Of a DNA stretch of 64,000 bases, positions 47,401 to 62,100 are shown piece after piece (the first letter of the stretch is position 1; every line of letters begins with the position of its first letter). The stretch comes from Eukaryota sp. TZLM1-RC. Lineage: Eukaryota > Protista > Metamonada: BaSk clade. The position numbers were made by a program, and so were the translations under genes. The stretch covers positions 3,052,469-3,116,468 of the forward strand of contig JAUPSS010000007.1 in assembly GCA_040285825.1 (NCBI GenBank), given 5' to 3'. The notes under the pieces are model-generated. The model searched no databases. It was given only the letters and a program-made list of their open reading frames with translations, and was not told the DNA's origin.

Positions 47401-50400
47401 AGTTTAAAATTTCATAAATTCAACAAACACTTTTATTGCAAAATCAGTACACAAAACTAGATGCTCTATTGATCAAAAATACTGCACCAAAAAAGCTAAA
47501 ACAATTTGTCATAGTTTTCATTTGAAATCCCCATTTCATATATGACAAAAAGACTCCACACTTGACAATAAATCTTTGAATTGTAATATCCATATGAGTG
47601 TTTCAAACGCTGTTGAATGTTATTGTGTTTTCACACTTTCTGTGAAAACATGCTTATGCACAAGTGATACAAGGCAGGTTTGATACATGAAGAAATGATT
47701 TATGTATTCTGTTTCAATGGCAATCTTGAAAACAATAGTGTTGGCAGAAAAGATGATGTATGTACTGAAAAGAATACTGTCCAGGAAAACTTTATTATGA
47801 TAGAGTCTTCATCAAGAAGAAAGTACAACGGTGAAGACATCAAGCCAATCCATGAACAATTGAGATCAAAAGAGTGATTGAGTCAAACGAAACACTTACA
47901 ATAACCGATAGGTACAAGATTTACGGAATAGAAAGCCAAAATGCGCTAGGCAAGGCTGCTGCACTGATGGCAATTGTGATGTCTACCCTTCTGCCCCCAA
48001 GAATCATGGCACTAAGAGTATAATGTGTTTGAAGTTACAGACGCATCCCAAAGTCGGAGTACGGAAATGAGAAAAACCGCAGAAGGTTGCTCAGGTTGGA
48101 AGATCAGATTTTGGGTCTGGTTTCAAACTTCAGATTTTCCAATTTTGACATTGGAATTTTACCAACCCATAATGCAATTAATTTTGGTTTTGCTTTCCTG
48201 TTTTCTGCATGTGTTTGTATATGGCAACGGTAACGCTAATTTCTGTACGATTATCATTCTTTTGATTAGATTAGTATTTCTTTCAAAATTTTGAGCTTTA
48301 TGCATCATTGAAACCAATGTTCATGTCATTGGTCTGATTTAAATTCTTTGTTGATAATCCTTTTGCAACTGTTGCGACAATTTATACATGGTTATCTTGC
48401 CTTTAAAAAAATCGAAACGAATGGCGCATTTTACATGAGAAGTTTTCAAGTTTATAAATACAGCATGTGTTCTTGATCACATTTTTGGTGTAGAAAAACA
48501 TTGTTGCGTGAACTTTTACATTGATAAAGAAAATTATTTTACTTTTGTTATTTGACAGAAACAAAAAAATAAATTCCAAAAATAATTTACAGTTTCACTT
48601 TCATTTTGAATGTATTCTAGAAACAGATATCGTTTGTTTGACTTGAATCAAAAGGTGATCGTTTGTATATGGCAACGGTAACGCTATTTTCTGCACGATT
48701 ATCATTCTTTTGATTAGATCAGTATCTTTTTCAAAATTTATGAGCTTTATACATCATTAAAACCAATGTTCATGTCATTCATTTGATTTATATTCCTTTG
48801 TTGATAATCTTTTTACAACATTTGCGACAATTTATACATGGTTATTTTGCCTTTGAAAAATGGAAACGAATGGCGCATTTTACATGAGAAGTTTTCAAGT
48901 TTATAAATACAACATGTGTTCTTGATCACATTTTTGGTGTAAAAAACATTGTTGCGTGAACTTTTACATTGATAAAGAAATTTTTCTTTTTTTTATTAAA
49001 CATAAATAAAAAATAAGTTTAAAATTTCATAAATTCAACAAACACTTTTATTGCAAAATCAGTACACAAAACTAGATGCTCTATTGATCAAAAATACTGC
49101 ACCAAAAAAGCTAAAACAATTTGTCATAGTTTTCATTTGAAATCCCCATTTCATATATGACAAAAAGACTCCACACTTGACAATAAATCTTTGAATTGTA
49201 ATATCCATATGAGTGTTTCAAACGCTGTTGAATGTTATTGTGTTTTCACACTTTCTGTGAAAACATGCTTATGCACAAGTGATACAAGGCAGGTTTGATA
49301 CATGAAGAAATGATTTATGTATTCTGTTTCAATGGCAATCTTGAAAACAATAGTGTTGGCAGAAAAGATGATGTATGTACTGAAAAGAATACTGTCCAGG
49401 AAAACTTTATTATGATAGAGTCTTCATCAAGAAGAAAGTACAACGGTGAAGACATCAAGCCAATCCATGAACAATTGAGATCAAAAGAGTGATTGAGTCA
49501 AACGAAACACTTACAATAACCGATAGGTACAAGATTTACGGAATAGAAAGCCAAAATGCGCTAGGCAAGGCTGCTGCACTGATGGCAATTGTGATGTCTA
49601 CCCTTCTGCCCCCAAGAATCATGGCACTAAGAGTATAATGTGTTTGAAGTTACAGACGCATCCCAAAGTCGGAGTACGGAAATGAGAAAAACCGCAGAAG
49701 GTTGCTCAGGTTGGAAGATCAGATTTTGGGTCTGGTTTCAAACTTCAGATTTTCCAATTTTGACATTGGAATTTTACCAACCCATAATGCAATTAATTTT
49801 GGTTTTGCTTTCCTGTTTTCTGCATGTGTTCGTATATGGCAACGGTAACGCTAATTTCTGTACGATTATCATTCTTTTGATTAGATTAGTATTTCTTTCA
49901 AAATTTTGAGCTTTATGCATCATTGAAACCAATGTTCATGTCATTGGTCTGATTTAAATTCTTTGTTGATAATCCTTTTGCAACTGTTGCGACAATTTAT
50001 ACATGGTTATCTTGCCTTTAAAAAAATCGAAACGAATGGCGCAATTTACAGGAGAAGTTTTCAATTTATGAATAGCACCACTGGTTTTTGATCACATTTT
50101 TGGTGTAAAAAAACATTGTTGCGTGAACTTTTACATTGATAAAGAAAATTATTTTACTTTTGTTATTTGACAGAAACAAAAAAATAAATTTTTAAAAAAT
50201 TTACAGTTTCACTTTCATTTTGAATGTATTCTAGAAACAGATATCGTTTGTTTGACTTGAATCAAAAGGTGATCGTTTGTATATGGCAACGGTAACGCTA
50301 TTTTCTGCACGATTATCATTCTTTTGATTAGATTAGTATTTCTTTCAAAATTTTGAGCTTTATGCATCATTGAAACCAATGTTCATGTCATTGATCTGAT

Positions 50401-53016
50401 TTAAATTCCTTTGTTGATAATCCTTTTGCAACTGTTGCGACAATTTATACATGGTTATCTTGCCTTTAAAAAAATCGAAACGAATGGCGCAATTTACAGG
50501 AGAAGTTTTCAATTTATGAATAGCACCATGTGTTTTTGATCACATTTTTGGTGTAAAAAACATTGTTGCGTGAACTTTTACATTGATAAAGAAATTTTTC
50601 TTTTTTTTATTAAACATAAATAAAAAATAAGTTTAAAATTTCATAAATTCAACAAACACTTTTATTGCAAAATCAGTACACAAAACTAGATGCTCTATTG
50701 ATCAAAAATACTGCACCAAAAAAGCTAAAACAATTTGTCATAGTTTTCATTTGAAATCCCCATTTCTTATATGACAAAAAGACTCCACACTTGACAATAA
50801 ATCTTTGAATTGTAATATCCATATGAGTGTTTCAAACGCTGTTGAATGTTATTGTGTTTTCACACTTTCTGTGAAAACATGCTTATGCACAAGTGATACA
50901 AGGCAGGTTTGATACATGAAGAAATGATTTATGTATTCTGTTTCAATGGCAATCTTGAAAACAATAGTGTTGGCAGAAAAGATGATGTATGTACTGAAAA
51001 GAATACTGTCCAGGAAAACTTTATTATGATAGAGTCTTCATCAAGAAGAAAGTACAACGGTGAAGACATCAAGCCAATCCATGAACAATTGAGATCAAAA
51101 GAGTGATTGAGTCAAACGAAACACTTACAATAACCGATAGGTACAAGATTTACGGAATAGAAAGCCAAAATGCGCTAGGCAAGGCTGCTGCACTGATGGC
51201 AATTGTGATGTCTACCCTTCTGCCCCCAAGAATCATGGCACTAAGAGTATAATGTGTTTGAAGTTACAGACGCATCCCAAAGTCGGAGTACGGAAATGAG
51301 AAAAACCGCAGAAGGTTGCTCAGGTTGGAAGATCAGATTTTGGGTCTGGTTTCAAACTTCAGATTTTCCAATTTTGACATTGGAATTTTACCAACCCATA
51401 ATGCAATTAATTTTGGTTTTGCTTTCCTGTTTTCTGCATGTGTTTGTATATGGCAACGGTAACGCTAATTTCTGTACGATTATCATTCTTTTGATTAGAT
51501 TAGTATTTCTTTCAAAATTTTGAGCTTTATGCATCATTGAAACCAATGTTCATGTCATTGATCTGATATAAATTCTCTTGTTGATAATCCTTTTGCAACT
51601 GTTGCGACAATTTATACGTGGTTATCTTGCCTTTAAAAAAATCGAAACGAATGGCGCAATTTACAGGAGAAGTTTTCAATTTATGAATAGCACCACTGGT
51701 TTTTGATCACATTTTTGGTGTAAAAAAACATTGTTGCGTGAACTTTTACATTGATAAAGAAAATTATTTTACTTTTGTTATTTGACAGAAACAAAAAAAT
51801 AAATTTTTAAAAAATTTACAGTTTCACTTTCATTTTGAATGTATTCTAGAAACAGATATCGTTTGTTTGACTTGAATCAAAAGGTGATCGTTTGTATATG
51901 GCAACGGTAACGCTATTTTCTGCACGATTATCATTCTTTTGATTAGATCAGTATCTTTTTCAAAATTTATGAGCTTTATACATCATTAAAACCAATGTTC
52001 ATGTCATTCATTTGATTTATATTCCTTTGTTGATAATCTTTTTACAACATTTGCGACAATTTATACATGGTTATCTTGCCTTTGAAATAATCGAAACGAA
52101 TGGCGCATTTTACAAGAGAAGTTTTCAAGTTTATAAATACAACATGTGTTCTTGATCACATTTTTGGTGTAGAAAAACATTGTTGCGTGAACTTTTACAT
52201 TGATAAAGAAATTTTTCTTTTTTTTATTAAACATAAATAAAAAATAAGTTTAAAATTTCATAAATTCAACAAACACTTTTATTGCAAAATCAGTACACAA
52301 AACTAGATGCTCTATTGATCAAAAATACTGCACCAAAAAAGCTAAAACAATTTGTCATAGTTTTCATTTGAAATCCCCATTTCTTATATGACAAAAAGAC
52401 TCCACACTTGACAATAAATCTTTGAATTGTAATATCCATATGAGTGTTTCAAACGCTGTTGAATGTTATTGTGTTTTCACACTTTCTGTGAAAACATGCT
52501 TATGCACAAGTGATACAAGGCAGGTTTGATACATGAAGAAATGATTTATGTATTCTGTTTCAATGGCAATCTTGAAAACAATAGTGTTGGCAGAAAAGAT
52601 GATGTATGTACTGAAAAGAATACTGTCCAGGAAAACTTTATTATGATAGAGTCTTCATCAAGAAGAAAGTACAACGGTGAAGACATCAAGCCAATCCATG
52701 AACAATTGAGATCAAAACAGTGATTGAGTCAAACGAAACACTTACAATAACCGATAGGTACAAGATTTACGGAATAGAAAGCCAAAATGCGCTAGGCAAG
52801 GCTGCTGCACTGATGGCAATTGTGATGTCTACCCTTCTGCCCCCAAGAATCATGGCACTAAGAGTATAATGTGTTTGAAGTTACAGACGCATCCCAAAGT
52901 CGGAGTACGGAAATGAGAAAAACCGCAGAAGGTTGCTCAGGTTGGAAGATCAGATTTTGGGTCTGGTTTCAAACTTCAGATTTTCCAATTTTGACATTGG
53001 AATTTTACCAACCCAT
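44492..53016 (+). repeat. rDNA intergenic spacer: one partial 460-bp unit, then five ~1615-bp units with internal subrepeats
   Basis: Homologous points at 45613, 47680, 49295, 50909, 52526 (spacing 2067, 1615, 1614, 1617); TATATGGCAACGG block occurs 10 times. Confidence 0.93.
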
Positions 53017-53613
53017 CATCCAATAGATTTTGGTTCTGTTGATTTGTTTTTTGTATAAACACGAATCAAAGATTTCTAGTTATAGCATTTGCTGGTGTTG
53101 TTTTACAGTGATGACCATTATGGTCTAAAATTGTGGATTTTACAAAAAGGTTCTTTGTTTTATACAAATTGATTCAAAATCATCCAAATGAGATCAGACC
53201 ACAAAAAATGGCGAAACGTGAAATGGGGGTCAGGAAATGAAAGAAATTTTCATTTTTTTATCCCATTTCGGAAAGTACTTGCTATTTGATCATTTTCAAT
53301 TGATTGTTTTTAAATAATTTATGAAAATGTGAAAACAGCTCAATTGTTCATGTTGAACAAAATTTTGGTGTTGTATGTAAGCCTTAATGGAAACATTAAA
53401 TTTTACTACACGTGTCGAATTTTATGGGAAATCATTTTTGATTGAAAATTTAAATTGACACATCAATAAGATTTGATTACATTTATCAGGATGTAATGGA
53501 TCTTTATGGAAAGCACAAATGATCAACATTGATACAATCATAATTGATTGATTTCACAAAAGGTAACATTTATGAAATTTTCTGGTTTTTTAATCGGAAT
53601 GTTTTATTGTTGA
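53017..53613 (+). other. Unique spacer, putative 5' ETS
   Basis: Non-repeated sequence between the last IGS unit and the 18S. Confidence 0.6.
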
Positions 53614-54702
53614 TACCTGGTTGATCCTGCCAGTAGGCATATGCTTGTCTCAAAGATTAAGCCATGCATGTCTAAGTTCAGGAGTTTTCTCCGAAACAGC
53701 GAATGGCTCATTAAATCAGTGATAATTTATTTGATAGTACTTACTACTTGGATAACCGTGGTAATTCTAGAGCTAATACATGCAGCAAATACTTCTTTTG
53801 AAGTATGCATTTATTAGATACAAAACCAATCCTGGCAACAGGTCTTTGGTGAATCATAATAACTATGCTGATCGCATGTCTTCGGACGGCGACATATCAT
53901 TTAAATCACTGCCCTATCAACTAAATCGTAAGGTAGTGGCTTACGATGGTGATGACGGGTAACGGGGAATTAGGGTTTGATTCCGGAGAGGGAGCCTGAG
54001 AAATGGCTACCACATCCAAGGAAGGCAGCAGGCGCGAAAATTACCCAATCTCATTACGAGGAGGTAGTGACAAAAAATAACAATACTGGGCTCTTTTGAG
54101 TTCGTAATTGGAATGAGTACAACTTAAAACCTTTAACGAGGAGCTACTAGAGGGCAAGTCTGGTGCCAGCAGCCGCGGTAATTCCAGCTCTAGTAGTGTA
54201 TCTTAAAATTGCTGCGTTTAAATCGTCCGTAGTTGAATCTCAGAATTTGCGTATCTTCAGGTTTTCCTGTTGGTAAACAGATTCTTCTGTCTGAGGACAC
54301 TAGTCATTTGCTTCGGCGGTGGCTATTGAATTCAGACCGTTTACTTTGAAAAAATTAGAGTGTTCAAAGCAGGCTTTATGCAATTGAATAACTTAGCATG
54401 GAATAATAGAATAGGACTTTGGTTCTGTTTTATTGGTTTTGAGAACTAGAGTAATGATTAAAAGGGACAGTTGGGGGCATTAGTACTCCGGTGTCAGAGG
54501 TGAAATTCTTGGATTGCCGGATGACTAACTACTGCGAAAGCATTTGCCAAAGATGTTCTCATTAATCAAGGTCGAAAGTTGGGGGATCGAAGACGATTAG
54601 ACACCGTCGTAGTCTCAACCATAAACTATGCCGACTAGGGATTAGTAGGCGTTAAATACGACCCTATTAGCACCTTATGGGAAACCATAAGTTCTTGGGT
54701 AA

Positions 54703-54761
<59 letters not shown>

Positions 54762-55210
54762 TTGTGGAGCCTGCGGCTTAATCTGACTCAACACGGAGAA
54801 ACTTACCAGGTCCAGACGTGATAAGGATTGACAGATTGATAGCTCTTTCATGATCTTACGGTTAGTGGCGCATGGCCGTTCTTAGTTGGTGGAGTGATTT
54901 GTCTGGTTAATTCCGATAACGAACGAGATCTAAATTGCTAACTAGTTTTATTCTATTTTCGGATAGTTTGAACTTCTTAGCGAGACTGCTGTGGTTTTAC
55001 ACAGAGGAAGGTTTAGGCAATAACAGGTCTGTGATGCCCTTAGATGTTCTGGGCCGCACGCGCGCTACAATGGTAGGTACAACGAGTTTGTCCTTAACCG
55101 AAAGGTTTGGGTAATCTTGTGAATACCTATCTTGACTGGGATAGATCCTTGCAATTATGGGTCTTGAACGAGGAATAACTTGTAAGTGCATGTCATCAGC
55201 ATGCGCTGAA

Positions 55211-55256
<46 letters not shown>

Positions 55257-55396
55257 GATGTTGAGGTGAAATGTTTGGACTCAATGGGTTAAGCTGCAAA
55301 GCAAGACTTGTTGGGAAAATTCAGTGAATCTTTGCATCTAGAGGAAGGAGAAGTCGTAACAAGGTATCCGTAGGTGAACCTGCGGATGGATCATTG
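53614..55396 (+). rRNA. 18S rRNA
   Basis: TACCTGGTTGATCCTGCCAG; GTGCCAGCAGCCGCGGTAA; TTGTACACACCGCCCGTC; GAACCTGCGGATGGATCATT. Confidence 0.99.
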
Positions 55397-55494
55397 TCGT
55401 TTGTGAGCTTGGCTTGCCAAGTTTCACTTTAACTGAAACCTAATACCGAACCAACCCTTTTTATTATAAAAACTAATAGTTTCTATGAAACATC

Positions 55495-55655
55495 CAACTT
55501 TCAGTGATGGATGTCTCGGCTCCTTTATCGATGAAGAACGCAGCGAATTGCGATACGTAATGTGAATTGCAGAATCTGTGAATCATCGAAACTTTGAACG
55601 CAAATGGTAGTTCTTTAGAGCTTCGGCTTTATTGAACTATACTTGAATCAGCGTC
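55495..55655 (+). rRNA. 5.8S rRNA
   Basis: CAACTTTCAGTGATGGATGTCTCGGCTC..CGATGAAGAACGCAGC..GTGAATTGCAGAAT..GTGAATCATCGAA. Confidence 0.97.
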
Positions 55656-55814
55656 GTCTTTTATTTTTCCATTTCGGATAATTGGAATTGAAGGTTACTT
55701 CTTTTCTTAAATAATCAAATATATGATTGACTTTTGTCAACATTTATTGTTGAAGGCAACTTTTACATTAATTGACGACTCATCTCTTTCATATATTGTC
55801 TTTTAGACATCATT

Positions 55815-56163
55815 TCGACCTGATTTCAAGTAAGATCACCCCCTGGACTTAAGCATATCAATAAGGGGAGGAAAAGAAAATAACTATGATTTCCTTAGTA
55901 GCGGCGAGCGAACAGGAAAAAGCTCAAGACTGAATCTTTATGATCTTTAGATTGTGAAGAGTTGTAGTCTATGGAAACCAGTATTCGGTTCTCGATGTAT
56001 AAGTCCTTTGGAAAAGGGTATCATGGAAGGTGAAAATCCTGTAAATGACATCGAAGTAATTGATTAACTACTGATTTTCCGAGAGTCGCGCTGTTTGGGA
56101 ATGCAGCGTTAAATGTGGGGTAAGTTTCCCATAAAGCTAAATATAAAAGGAGACCGATAGTTC

Positions 56164-56194
<31 letters not shown>

Positions 56195-57033
56195 TCTGAA
56201 GAGAGAGTTAAAAGTACCTGAAATCACTGAAAGGATAAGCGATTGGAACTTGATATTGATAGCTTCGGCTGTCTTGCGTTGGAGTGATTTTGAAAATTGA
56301 GTGATTGTGGGAAGGTAGCTATAATGAACTTCGGTTTATTGTAGTGTTATAGCCTCATAAATTGTTCTTTTTAAGAATCAGGAATACGGTTTTACCGAGA
56401 CTCCAACATAAAGGTTCAATTGTCCCGTCTTGAAACACGGACCAAGGAGTGTATCTCTTCTGCAAGTCGTAGGGTGTAAAAACCTGAAGGCGAAATGAAA
56501 GTAATTTTATGAGGGGAAGTTTCGACTGCACCCTCAACCAGTCCTTGCAAAGGGATCTGAGTATGAGCAGAATGGATACGACCCGAAAGCCGCTGAACTA
56601 TGCCTGAATAGGATGAAGCCAGGGGAAACTCTGGTGGAAGTCCGTAGCGATGTTGACGTGCAAATCACTCGTCAAATTTGGGTATAGGGGCGAAAGACTC
56701 ATCGAAGCGGCTAGTAGCTGGTTACGTTCGAAGTTTCCCCCAGGATAGCTGGAGCTTGTTTTAGTTTTGTCCGGTAAAGCTAATGATTAGAGGTACTAGG
56801 GACGCAATGTCCTTAGCCTATTCTCAAACTTTAAATGGGCAAGATTTGTGATGATACTTAAGTGATCGTTGCAATTGAATAATAGCTCTAAGTGGGCCAT
56901 TTTTGGTAAGCAGAACTGGCGATGTGGGATGCTCCAAAAGACATGTTAAGGTGCCTAAGTGTGCACTCATTTAGACCCCAGAAAAGGTGTTGGTTGATAT
57001 TGACAGCAGGACGGTGGCCATGGAAGTCGGAAT

Positions 57034-57067
<34 letters not shown>

Positions 57068-57977
57068 TCAACTAGCCCTGAAAATTGATGGCGCTAAAGT
57101 GTGCCACCTATACATGTCCATTAATTCATTTTATGAGTTAATGTGTAGAACGTCGTGGGGGTTGCGTAGAAGGTTCATTGTGAAATGGACTGGAGCAGCC
57201 TCTAGTGCAGATCTTGGTGGTAGTAGCAAATAAACAAGTTGGAATCTTGTTGACCGAAGTGGAGTAGGGTTCCATGGTAAAGGTATTCTGCCATGGGTTA
57301 GTCGGTCCTAAGGCACAGGTTAACTCTTTGAGAGGGGGCTTTTATAGCTCCGTCCTGTCGAAAGGGAAGCAGGTTAATATTCCTGCACCAACAGTGGGTG
57401 TTCGTGGTAACACAATCGAATCTAGAGATGTCGGGGAGGATCCTGGGAAGAGTTATCTTTTCTTATTAACTGTCTATTGTCCATGGAATCTGTTTAACAG
57501 GAGAAGTGGATATAAGATAGGAAGAGCATTACGTTTTTGTAATGTCCGGTGTATTCTCAACGGCCCTTGAAAATCTAGAGGAGTAATCACTTCATTGTTG
57601 TCCGTACCGATAACCGCATCAGGTCTCCAAGGTGTGTAGCCTCTGGTCTATAGAAGAACGTAGGTAAGGGAAGTCGGCAAAATAGATCCGTAACTTCGGG
57701 ATAAGGATTGGCTCTAGGGGCCTTGTGTAAGAGCCCTAGTGGTGACGCACTGAGCGTTGATGTGATTGGCAACAATTGCGTTGATGCGAGGTGTTGATCC
57801 ATTGGGATTACTTTTATGCAATTAAAGGTCAACCTAGAACTGTAACGGACAAAGGGAACCCGACTGTTTAATCGAAACAAAGCTTTCTGATGGCCGGAAA
57901 CGGTGTTGACAGAAAGTGATTTCTGCTCAGTGCTCTGAATGTCATTGTGAAGAGATTCAATCAAGCACGGGTAAACA

Positions 57978-58008
<31 letters not shown>

Positions 58009-58023
58009 TAAATGCCTCGTCAC

Positions 58024-58056
<33 letters not shown>

Positions 58057-58078
58057 GTTCCCACTGTCCCTACCTACC

Positions 58079-58114
<36 letters not shown>

Positions 58115-58120
58115 TAATTC

Positions 58121-58158
<38 letters not shown>

Positions 58159-58517
58159 TGATATTGTGAACCGATTCAGGAGGTGTAGCGTACAGGGGAG
58201 TAGATTTATCTACGCCAATGAAACACCCTGACTCTTGACATTGGTTTGCTAACTTAATTAATCCGAAACAGGTTTCCTGTTTCAAGATTTAAGTGTCTTC
58301 GGATACGATCGGATTTAAGGACATTGTCAGATGGGGAGTTTGGCTGGGGCGGCACATCTCCAAAATAATAACGGAGGTGTCCTAAGGTGAGCTCAATGAG
58401 AACAGAAATCTCATGTAGAACATAAGGGTAAAAGCTCACTTGATTTTGATTTTCAGTATGAATACAAACCAAGAAATTGTGGCCTAACGATCCTTTAACT
58501 ATAAGAAACTTTTAGCT

Positions 58518-58560
<43 letters not shown>

Positions 58561-58662
58561 AGCCAAGCGTTCATAGCGACGTTGCTTTTTGATTCTTCGA
58601 TGTCGGCTCTTCCTATCATTGAGAAGCAGAATTCTCAAAGCGTTGGATTGTTCACCCATTAA

Positions 58663-58718
<56 letters not shown>

Positions 58719-59115
58719 AATAATTGTCATCCTAATAGTAAAGCAACCCAGTACGAGAGGAACCGTTGTTTCGCATAATTGGTATTTACGCTTATCTGAA
58801 AAGATATTGGTGTGAAGCTAACATGCGTTGGATTATAGCTGAACGCCTCTAAGCTAGTATCCAACCTAGAAAGGATGATATATTGACCTGCAAATTTAAT
58901 CGATAAAGATTAGGATTGTGTTTACACAGTCCCAATATCTCATCAGTGGGATTGATGTTTAGTCTAAGTACTATTCATTGATCATTGAAACTATGAAGAT
59001 TCGCAGGATCATGAAACCTTGGCAGACGACCAAGATACGGAACTCATTGCTGTAAGTGTAAGAGTATCGTTTTTGATACGATTTACTGAGGCTCATATGA
59101 AGTTCCTAGTTTCGT
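55815..59115 (+). rRNA. 28S rRNA
   Basis: ACCCCCTGGACTTAAGCATAT; CCGTCTTGAAACACGGACC; GGGTTTAGACCGTCGTGAGACAG; sarcin-ricin AGTACGAGAGGAACC; 3' end approximate. Confidence 0.98.
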
Positions 59116-62100
59116 ATATTGACCAATGGTTGTTTATTACAATCATTGGTCAAATCTTTAAAGTCCATTTTGGGACAATTAATATAACAATTGTGGTGTT
59201 AAAGTCCGTGCTATGGTCATTTGATTAGTCATTGGTATGATTGGTTGAATGGTCATTGGTATGATTAGATGAGTTGCATGTAGTCTTTATGTACTAGATG
59301 TGATCAACTTGTGATCAAACTTTGTGTGAAATTGTGTGTTAGTAATGTTGGCTATGTGTTACTTGATCAGTACAAACTCATGATTACATTTTCAAATGAT
59401 TTTGTATATATTTGAATTAATTGAGTGTATTAATTTTTAAACATTAAATTGTAAAAAAAGTAAAAATCAAAAAGTATACAATTGAATGTTGTAAACTAAT
59501 AAAACAATTGCTGTAAGTGTAAGAGTATCGTTTTGATACGATTTACTGAGGCTCATATGAAGTTCCTAGTTTCGTATATTGACCAATGGTTGTTTATTAC
59601 AATCATTGGTCAAATCTTTAAAGTCCATTTTGGGACAATTAATATAACAATTGTGGTGTTAAAGTCCGTGCTATGGTCATTTGATTAGTCATTGGTATGA
59701 TTGGTTGAATGGTCATTGGTATGATTAGATGAGTTGCATGTAGTCTTTATGTACTAGATGTGATCAACTTGTGATCAAACTTTGTGTGAAATTGTGTGTT
59801 AGTAATGTTGGCTATGTGTTACTTGATCAGTACAAACTCATGATTACATTTTCAAATGATTTTGTATATATTTGAATTAATTGAGTGTATTAATTTTTAA
59901 ACATTAAATTGTAAAAAAGTAAAAATCAAAAAGTATACAATTGAATGTTGTAAACTAATAAAACAATTGCTGTAAGTGTAAGAGTATCGTTTTTGATACG
60001 ATTTACTGAGGCTCATATGAAGTTCCTAGTTTCGTATATTGACCAATGGTTGTTTATTACAATCATTGGTCAAATCTTTAAAGTCCATTTTGGGACAATT
60101 AATATAACAATTGTGGTGTTAAAGTCCTTGCTATGGTCATTAGTCATTGGTATGATTGGTTGAATGGTCATTGGTATGATTAGATGAGTTGCATGTAGTC
60201 TTTATGTACTAGATGTGATCAACTTGTGATCAAACTTTGTGTGAAATTGTGTGTTAGTAATGTTGGCTATGTGTTACTTGATCAGTACAAACTCATGATT
60301 ACATTTTCAAATGATTTTGTATATATTTGAATTAATTGAGTGTATTAATTTTTAAACATTAAATTGTAAAAAAGTAAAAAATCAAAAGTATACAATTGAA
60401 TGTTGTAAACTAATAAAACAATTGCTGTAAGTGTAAGAGTATCGTTTTTGATACGATTTACTGAGGCTCATATGAAGTTCCTAGTTTCGTATATTGACCA
60501 ATGGTTGTTTATTACAATCATTGGTCAAATCTTTAAAGTCCATTTTGGGACAATTAATATAACAATTGTGGTGTTAAAGTCCGTGCTATGGTCATTTGAT
60601 TAGTCATTGGTATGATTGGTTGAATGGTCATTGGTATGATTAGATGAGTTGCATGTAGTCTTTATGTACTAGATGTGATCAACTTGTGATCAAACTTTGT
60701 GTGAAATTGTGTGTTAGTAATGTTGGCTATGTGTTACTTGATCAGTACAAACTCATGATTACATTTTCAAATGATTTTGTATATATTTGAATTAATTGAG
60801 TGTATTAATTTTTAAACATTAAATTGTAAAAAAGTAAAAAATCAAAAAGTATACAATTGAATGTTGTAAACTAATAAAACAATTGCTGTAAGTGTAAGAG
60901 TATCGTTTTTGATACGATTTACTGAGGCTCATATGAAGTTCCTAGTTTCGTATATTGACCAATGGTTGTTTATTACAATCATTGGTCAAATCTTTAAAGT
61001 CCATTTTGGGACAATTAATATAACAATTGTGGTGTTAAAGTCCGTGCTATGGTCATTTGAGTAGTCATTGGTATGATTGGTTGAATGGTCATTGGTATGA
61101 TTAGATGAGTTGCATGTAGTCTTTATGTACTAGATGTGATCAACTTGTGATCAAACTTTGTGTGAAATTGTGTGTTAGTAATGTTGGCTATGTGTTACTT
61201 GATCAGTACAAACTCATGATTACATTTTCAAATGATTTTGTATATATTTGAATTAATTGAGTGTATTAATTTTTAAACATTAAATTGTAAAAAAGTAAAA
61301 ATCAAAAAGTATACAATTGAATGTTGTAAACTAATAAAACAATTGCTGTAAGTGTAAGAGTATCGTTTTTGATACGATTTACTGAGGCTCATATGAAGTT
61401 CCTAGTTTCGTATATTGACCAATGGTTGTTTATTACAATCATTGGTCAAATCTTTAAAGTCCATTTTGGGACAATTAATATAACAATTGTGGTGTTAAAG
61501 TCCGTGCTATGGTCATTTGATTAGTCATTGGTATGATTGGTTGAATGGTCATTGGTATGATTAGATGAGTTGCATGTAGTCTTTATGTACTAGATGTGAT
61601 CAACTTGTGATCAAACTTTGTGTGAAATTGTGTGTTAGTAATGTTGGCTATGTGTTACTTGATCAGTACAAACTCATGATTACATTTTCAAATGATTTTG
61701 TATATATTTGAATTAATTGAGTGTATTAATTTTTAAACATTAAATTGTAAAAAAGTAAAAAATCAAAAGTATACAATTGAATGTTGTAAACTAATAAAAC
61801 AATTGCTGTAAGTGTAAGAGTATCGTTTTTGATACGATTTACTGAGGCTCATATGAAGTTCCTAGTTTCGTATATTGACCAATGGTTGTTTATTACAATC
61901 ATTGGTCAAATCTTTAAAGTCCATTTTGGGACAATTAATATAACAATTGTGGTGTTAAAGTCCGTGCTATGGTCATTTGATTAGTCATTGGTATGATTGG
62001 TTGAATGGTCATTGGTATGATTAGATGAGTTGCATGTAGTCTTTATGTACTAGATGTGATCAACTTGTGATCAAACTTTGTGTGAAATTGTGTGTTAGTA

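Noticed and set aside
45613-52723. Repeated 65-aa and 89-aa ORFs in the IGS
   Set aside because: Non-ATG starts, no motifs; recurrence is explained by the DNA repeat
57985-58030. R2-type insertion in the 28S
   Set aside because: The TTAAGGTAGC site is uninterrupted and 18S/28S lengths leave no room for insertions or group I introns
53780-59228. ORFs overlapping rRNA genes
   Set aside because: Spurious frames within rRNA
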